Shown here: positions 56,012 through 64,000 of the stretch, piece after piece
How positions within the stretch are numbered: position 1 is the first letter of the stretch
Layout: each line of letters starts with the position of its first letter
NCBI GenBank assembly: GCA_964016885.1
Contig: OZ024742.1
Span: forward strand, 314,712,001 to 314,776,000
Length of the DNA stretch: 64,000 nt
From: Eledone cirrhosa
Lineage: Eukaryota
Direction of reading: 5' to 3'
Position numbers and translations under genes: made by a program
The notes under the pieces: model-generated
What the model saw: only the letters and a program-made list of their open reading frames with translations
Database searches by the model: none
Told to the model about the DNA's origin: nothing

Positions 56012-56551
56012 TGTGTGTGTGTTTGTGTGTTTGTGTGAATGTGCGTATGTGTCTGAGGATACGAACTGTAAACGTATGCGCGGTGGGGGTGTTGTATAGA
56101 CATTCACATCAATATGCTTCCTTTCGCACCTTTAGTTATTATAAACATCAATATCGATTAGCAATTCCCTAATGTAAGAGAGATCGTGTCGATTATGTGC
56201 AAGATGATACTGTATTGCGCACAATGTTTTATAGTATTTAGAAACAGCAGCTTTAGAGTATTTTTCCCTGTAATGTTTTTTCAAGCTCATACATATTTGA
56301 GAAATCTTACTGTACTACATACATCCACATATAAACGCCTCATATTCATATAGGAATTCATACTCACATCTGCACAGATACACACATTCATGCTCACACA
56401 TAGACACACAGAAATATATCAATACCTACACAAACACACAGGTGCCCATACACATGGATACACGCAAATGCAAGCACGATAGCTATACAGGCACAGACAC
56501 ACACAGACATATACAGATAAATACACACACACATACACACACACACACACA

Positions 56552-56599
<48 letters not shown>

Positions 56600-56784
56600 A
56601 ATAAAGAAAGGGCTTCTATAGTTTCATTCAAAGGAAATCATCTCCCTTTGAATGAAACAGTTTTAGTCCTATATTAAACTTGAAGTTTACACTCAACTAA
56701 TGTATTGAATACCTTAAGTGTGGTTACCCCAGATTGGACTCCGGACTCACACACATACACACACGCATGCGCGCGAACAAACAT

Positions 56785-56881
<97 letters not shown>

Positions 56882-57559
56882 GGAAAAAGTATGACCCGAC
56901 GGCAGAGCTCAAGCCGTTTCGATGGCTATTTCTGGACTAAATTAGAATGTTTAGCCCGGTGAATAAATAGCCGAACTTTTCAAGGGGGTACTTCCTTATA
57001 TGGGAAGATTGAAGTTTCAAGAGGATTGGTTAAAATTCGTTGTAAACACAAATAAGTCTATCATGGCATTTGTGGGTGGTAGGGTGGCTGAACTTGCCTG
57101 TAGAACAATAGGGAACTGACAGGAGCGGCCAAGCGCTGAAAGTGATAAGTATACAGCAGATTCTAAGGCTAGTGTATGACGTGGAGGAGGGAGGTTATAG
57201 AATAGGTAAATCGAATGAGAGTAGGAGACAATAACAGATAATAGAAAGAAATGAAAACATATATAAAATTAGATAGTGAGAAATGAATAAAAAAATCACA
57301 AGGCTATCTTACAATTACAGGTTAATAAGTTGAGAATAGAAATAACTTGTAGAAATTGAGTAGTACAAGAAGTAATACAGAATTAAAGGGGTTTAATACG
57401 TCTGCTATAAGTAGTTACAAAAATATATTCGGCCAAATTCTATCTTAAAATTACAGGGGTGGTGGAACAGATGCTACAGAGGCCCGATGGGCTGCATGGG
57501 GGTAGGCGAAGGGGAAAAGCAGACGAGGAAGAAAATAGGGGTGGAAATAAACAGGGGTA

Positions 57560-58460
57560 CTATTAGAAATGCTGGGTAAATATTGTATAGCTGTTGATCG
57601 CGGATAGATAGCTGTCGTTTATGTATCTATTATTTCTTCATATGTGCTTTTAAACTTATAGCCTTGTTTAATTGTTTTTTTGTGTGGTTGATTATGCTGA
57701 TTGGGAGAGGAAATAATGTATATATTTTATCAAATGATTTTATGGACATACTTTATTGTATATTGCTCTGATTGTTGATTATTTAATTAATTAATTCGTC
57801 ATTGTTCCACATCGTGAACGGTTGCCAAAAACACACATATAAATATATATATATGTCTAGTTTATGTATATGTACATCTTTATATTTGATAATCTCCCCT
57901 ATAGTTGAGATGCAATTTAGGCAGTATTAGGCTTCGCTTTCTAGCACACAGCCCACTCGCTGTAAGGCACCAATCACATTCTTTCTGACTTGACCACTAC
58001 TACGTCACAGTTCTTAGCCATTTTGAATTCGTTTCTGGCGGGGATCATTTCAGAAAAATCTTCGTCCGAGTGAGTTTGTTTCCTGATGATTTCGAAACTC
58101 GTGAATTTATCCTTGATCGGATATTTCCAAAAAGCGAATGAAAACTCATGGGGTAGAAACATGATTTTGGTATTTTTATATATATTTTTCTTCTAACTTT
58201 GATTTCATACCTAATTGTGTATGGTTGACGATATATTTAATCGATTTTCACGTGCTATTAGAAATGCTGGGTAAATATTCTATAGCTGTTGATCGCGGAT
58301 AAATAGCTGTTGTTTATTTATCTATTATTTCTTGATAGGTGCCCTTTAATCTTATAGCCTTGTTTAATTGTGTTTTTGTGTGGTTGATTATGCTGATTAT
58401 GAGAGGAAATAATGTATATATTTTATCAAATGATTCTATGGACATACTTTATTGTATATT
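57560..58460. mobile_element. Non-coding element with terminal direct repeats, copy 2
   Basis: 57560-57760 repeated at 58255-58460 (period 695); highly similar to 50606-51447. Confidence 0.75.
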
Positions 58461-58832
58461 TATATATATATAAGGAAATGAGTTGTTGTTTTTTTTTAAA
58501 TCCAAATGTCCTACACGGGTGAAAGTATAAGGAAAAGAAATTGAAAATGCAACTGGAGTCCTTTAAGAATATTTATTTATTTACTTTACCGGTTTCACAG
58601 TTCTTGTGCTTTTCAAAAGTAAAGTTGAAATGGAGGGTCGGTGGCAAGCAAACATGTAGAATAAAATTTGTTTTAAATAATTGCAATATTATTTACGATT
58701 ATATTTAGAATAACAAGTGTGAGAAAGGGTAGGAAAATTGAAGTTTCAAGAAACTTTACATTGACTGTTGTAATGAAGGCATTATAAAATTATGTTGCTT
58801 ACTATAAACCTATTTTCACTGGTACTATACTA

Positions 58833-58939
<107 letters not shown>

Positions 58940-59197
58940 GAGACATAGAAATAATCGTGGTGAATATCCGATCGCGCGGTAAAACCATTGGGAGTCAAGG
59001 TCCCCTAGCCTTTTTCAGGGCATTCTTCTAGGAGAAGGCAACTCAAGAAACTGGGATACTCCGACCTAAAACCTGCGGCCCAGTAGTTATTGATGGTGTT
59101 GATCTTTTCTTCTTTTCGGGTTAGTGGAATTGGCTCAGTGCACAGTCTTTCCTCTCTTAAGAAAACATTTTCACGCACAGGCATTGCACGATAACAT

Positions 59198-59625
59198 TAC
59201 GGTGAATTGGCAGTATCGGTAGAGGGTCGGACGCCATGCTTTGACGTATAGAGTTACGGCCCTTGCCATTCTGAGTTCAAATCCCGCCAAGGTTAACTTT
59301 GCCTTTCATCCTTACGGGGTCGATAAAATAAAGTACCAGTAATGCACTGGCTAATTGCTGGCCTTGTACCTAACGTAGAAACAATTAATTAATAATTATT
59401 AATAATTATTAATAATTATTAAATAATAATAATTAGAGGACGGTGAATTGGCAGTATCGGTAGAGGGTTGGGCGCCATGCTTTCTCGCATAGTTACGTCC
59501 CTTTACAGTCTGAGTTCAAATCCCGCCGAGGTTAACTTTGCCTTTCATCCTCACGGGGTCGATAAAATAAAGTACAATTAATGTACTGGGTAATTTCTGG
59601 CCTTGTGCCTAAAGTAGAAACAATT
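59198..59625 (+). mobile_element. Two tandem tRNA-derived SINE copies
   Basis: ggtgaattggcagtatcggtagag (A-box) ... gagttcaaatccc (B-box) twice, with AAT tails. Confidence 0.88.
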
Positions 59626-60569
59626 AATTAATAATTATTAATAATGTTATATCGTGCAATGAATATACTCGATAATATATATGTGTGTGTGTGTGGGTGT
59701 ATGTTTGTGTGTGCGTGTGTGTACAGGCAAGCATATTCATAAATATATATGTGCGTGTGTGCGCGTTGTATGTGTTCTTACACCAAATGTTTATATAGTG
59801 AAGAAAACTATCAGCATAAATACTAGCTCAACGCACAGATACTGTAAACCTCCAAATTATCAAAATGTACATCATTAAATATATCATTGAATCTGATCCA
59901 CCAGAACATACTAGACACTTATATATACTATATCTACTTATATATACTATATCAATTATATATACTATATCTCCGAACTGCGACAGTGTAAAAAAGATAC
60001 TACTCCATGATTTGCCAGTATATAGAACCTAAAAACATATATACATACCTCACGTCTGATCGTGGGTGTTAAATTCGCATGCACAGACAACTCGACATTA
60101 AGAAAGTATTTTATGACAAGACAAGAAGTCTACAATTATCTATTCCTCATCTCATCTATTACCATCATTTATTGTTCGTGATCGTTAGGGCTGGGTTCAT
60201 CCTAGTCAATGGTCTGAGAGGCGTCATCCTGCGTTGTGCAGAACAATTTTCTATTAGTTAACTTAATTCAATTTCACCGAATTTTGCCTATTTATAGTCT
60301 TATTGGTTGTGTGGCTGAGAAGATCCCGTCGATGTCAGTAAACTCAGGTATATAAAACTGCGTAGAAGTCTACCTGATGGATTTTTTCTGTAACTCAAAG
60401 GTTCAGCCATGTCACATTTTATTTCATGCAGACTCGGCTTAAGAATTACTTTACAGATATAAGCGTCTGTTGAATATTCTACAACATACAGGCTAACTCA
60501 CGAGCTGGACATTTATTTGATAGAAAAAATCGAATGCTTTACCTCGAAGCTGCAGGAAAATCCCTCGTC

Positions 60570-60860
60570 GTCATTACCATCATCATGATCATCATCATCA
60601 TCCTCCTCATCATCATCATCCTCATCATCATCCTCCTCCTCATCATCATCATCATCATCATGATCATCATCATCATCATCCTCATCATCATCATCATCAT
60701 CATCATGATCATCATCATCATCATCCTCATCATCATCATCCTCATCATCATCATCCTCATCATCATCATCATCATCATCGGCATCATATGCGCCATCATC
60801 ACACCCTCCACCACCACCACAATCATCGTTATCATGATCACCATCATCATTATAATCATT
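60570..60860 (+). repeat. (ATC)n microsatellite
   Basis: Direct reading. Confidence 0.95.
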
Positions 60861-61141
60861 AATATTCCTCGTTTATTAGGTATCTATATAATTTTTTATC
60901 TATCAACACTAAAACATGAAAACCGAAAACAGCTTAGAAACGATGTGTTGTACTATTTCGCTATTGTTTTGAAATCTTACCATTTTCTTATGTTATATTC
61001 TCACAATGCTATAAACCACATATAACACCCATAATATATATATATATACACATGTATAAGCGTGTGAGTATGTGTATTGAACGATAAACACCACCCCCTA
61101 TATATATATATATATATTTATTAAAATAACAGATTAAAGTT

Positions 61142-61172
<31 letters not shown>

Positions 61173-61176
61173 ATAC

Positions 61177-61246
<70 letters not shown>

Positions 61247-61913
61247 CATACAAAATTGGCTCCACAAGTATAATCCCCTAAAAACCTATTAATAACTATA
61301 TTCATTCACACATCTGTCCTACTGAAGTCATCTACTTTGCTGTATAATTGGAAATTGATTCACAAGCTATTCTAGATATATGACTCCACCATTGCCATTA
61401 AGAAAAATGTGAATTATTTCGCTATAGTTGTATGTACTGCGACATTGACACAGAAAAAACATACCGTGATGCACGTGCAAACATTAAAATATGATATATA
61501 GTGGTATGCATGTATGTATCATTGTTTCGTAAAGAATACGCAAAGCTGGGAGAACACCCAATCCAAGAGACGAGTTGTGGCTTATAATTATTAACTGATA
61601 CAATTGGCCGGATACACGTGTTTCATTTGCGGTAACTCATCCGACCGTCCATTTTGGTTTAACAATTTCAACACCACTAAGAGAGCTAGATTTACCCAGT
61701 TTGACATAATAGAGCATTCTAAAATGACCGGATTTGATGCCAAAGAAACGCATGTATCCGGCTAATTGTAACATTTACTGTAATAAATAACGATATATAC
61801 TTTTTATATCATTGATAGGTTTCGGCATGTATTGTCACATATCTAGCACCCCCTAGTGAAATTTTTCACCTGCTTGTAGCCTTAATTAAATTACCATATA
61901 GATATAGATATAT

Positions 61914-61950
<37 letters not shown>

Positions 61951-61994
61951 GGGGGTGATAGAGATAGAGAGAGAGAAATAGAGAGAATAGAATA

Positions 61995-62585
61995 GAATTA
62001 GGATTTAGTTTCGAGCATAGCTGTATACAGATATGTATTAGAATTTTGCATTCTTAAAGAAATGCGGTATGTTTATAAATAAACATTTAGAAAGCCGTAG
62101 CTCTGCAAAATCACCAGCGGCTACCACCACCTGGCGGTGTCCAGTAGAAGAAGCGAGGGGGACAATCATCAATGCGCATTTCGAACTGAACTGGTTCTCG
62201 TCAAGACGATCCCTCCCGCTTTGCCACTGTTGGATTTTGAAAACAGGCGAGAATATATAGTTCCTCATCTGTGTAAATGAGATGATTAATCTCATTTGCA
62301 TATAAAGCTGTAAAAGTTGGCTCAACTTATAATAGAATATAATTAGGATGAAGCTTCGAGCATAGCTGTATAGAGATATGTATTAGAATTTCGTATGTCT
62401 AAAGAGCGGGAGGGATAGTCCTAACGAGAACCAGTTCAGTACGAAATGCGCATCGATGATTGTCTCCCTTGCTTCTACTGGACACTACCAGGTGGCGATA
62501 GCGGTTGGTGTTTTTCATAGCTACGGCTTTCTAAATGTTTATTTATAAACATACCCTTTCTTTAGAAATACGAAATTCCGATACA
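61995..62585 (-). mobile_element. Diverged member of the 31763 retrozyme-like family, tandem plus inverted arrangement
   Basis: Unit of about 345 nt on the minus strand followed by an inverted copy (62405-62585). Hammerheads at 62165-62210 (-) and 62415-62460 (+), each with one core mutation. Confidence 0.8.
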
Positions 62586-62588
62586 TAT

Positions 62589-62624
<36 letters not shown>

Positions 62625-62625
62625 A

Positions 62626-62720
<95 letters not shown>

Positions 62721-64000
62721 ATATATGTATATATGTATACATATTCTTTTGCTAAAAGGAACATTTTCGTATACATGGTTAAGTGGTATTGTATGAGAAA
62801 TTGGCACTAAGATTTTGTGATGAAGCGAATATTTCCACTTGTCATGGCACATCAGTATTTTCTCTTGTTATGAATATATTTCGCCAATCTGTTTATACGG
62901 GAAAACGGCTACACGTACTTTTAGTATATAATGAAATTTCTGATACATATGAGGTGAAAAGTATTTCTGAAATTTGAATCTACGTAGTGAGGTATTTTTC
63001 CAATGTCTTAGCATTCCTGACATTAAATAATTCTCTTTGTCATTGACGCCAGCTGTCAGCCTTTCGGGAACTAATGTTTTTCCAAGTGCATGAAACATAA
63101 AATGTCTTTCTTGTCGGAATTACTTGTCTAATGACGACTTGTCTAATGACGATTCTGAAGAATTGCAAATAGTAGTCAACATGCACGAAACACTATTTTC
63201 TACTAAGTGTTCCTTTTATTTCTGCTACTAGAGTAATATTGATGCAGATTTATGAAGTCTTGTATTTTAGTGGTTAACAGTATTCGGCTCCTAATTATAA
63301 GATCATGAGCGTGATTTCCAGTGATACATTTAGCTCTTGCGCAAAACACTTCATTTCACGTCGATTCAATCCGCTGAGATGAAAATCAAATTAGTTATAT
63401 TTGTATTTCAAAGGGCGTCTCTTATCACACAGTGTCACACTGAATCTCTGTAATATGTTAAGTGTACCCAAATCTGTGTAATGTTGAAACATTTGCCCCT
63501 TAGTATCTCAACTGATCCGTTTCATTGATAGAAAGAACAAGTACACTTCTCGTCGAAATCTATGGAGGCCCAACAACAAGAAATATACCAGAATTGCTGC
63601 TGAATGTCCTTTTACTCTTAGATAATATTTCAAAATTCTTTCATATAATGTGAATGAATGGTATGATTATCTAAACCTATACAATGCACAAATTGTAGAA
63701 GTAAATATTTTATTGTCATTCTACGCATTTGTGGAATATTTAAAATTGGGAAACTGTTAATTTGAAATGCTAATCTTGAAGAAATATTGGCGCGTGTGAC
63801 TGTTAAATTTGAGCATGAAACTTGGTTAGAACAAGCGAAGAAAAATAGAATCCCATGTCAGAAAAGGTTAGGTATATGATGATGGATTCTTCTTCAATTC
63901 CGTTCCGAGGTTTTCTTAACGTCACTTTCCCAAGATGCTTGAAGAGCGATGGAACAAGCGTCCTCGTTATTTCGAGGCAAATTTCTTAACCCCTTAGCTG

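Noticed and set aside
56120-56230. Possible Hv S1 exon (IILHIIDTISLTLG / ELLIDI on the minus strand)
   Set aside because: Needs a frameshift, has in-frame stops, wrong D-to-E spacing and no phase-compatible donor; likely coincidence.

Overview
AT-rich, microsatellite-dense animal DNA. The repeat landscape (tRNA-derived SINEs, (TA)n/(CA)n tracts) and the gene type suggest a mollusc, probably a coleoid cephalopod (inference). One host gene is supported: a minus-strand, spliced voltage-gated proton channel of the Hv (HVCN1) family. Six exons between 53274 and 35332 have canonical, phase-matched splice sites and encode the S1-S2 loop, S2, S3, S4 and the C-terminus. The S1/N-terminal exon(s) were not found and probably lie beyond the window end. 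S4 has the two-arginine LPWRxxR motif of molluscan Hv3-type channels. The rest is transposon-derived: R4/Dong-type RLE retrotransposons, a CR1-type LINE, a deleted mariner, Helitrons, Penelope-like (GIY-YIG) elements and SINEs. The main structure the ORF track does not explain is a dense set of non-coding elements inserted in (TA)n tracts. They form long palindromes or short tandem units and carry minimal type I hammerhead ribozyme motifs from at least 7 unrelated sequence families. One is a 323-nt retrozyme-like unit bounded by two intact hammerheads, with compensatory base changes in a second family member. All folds and alignments were read by eye.
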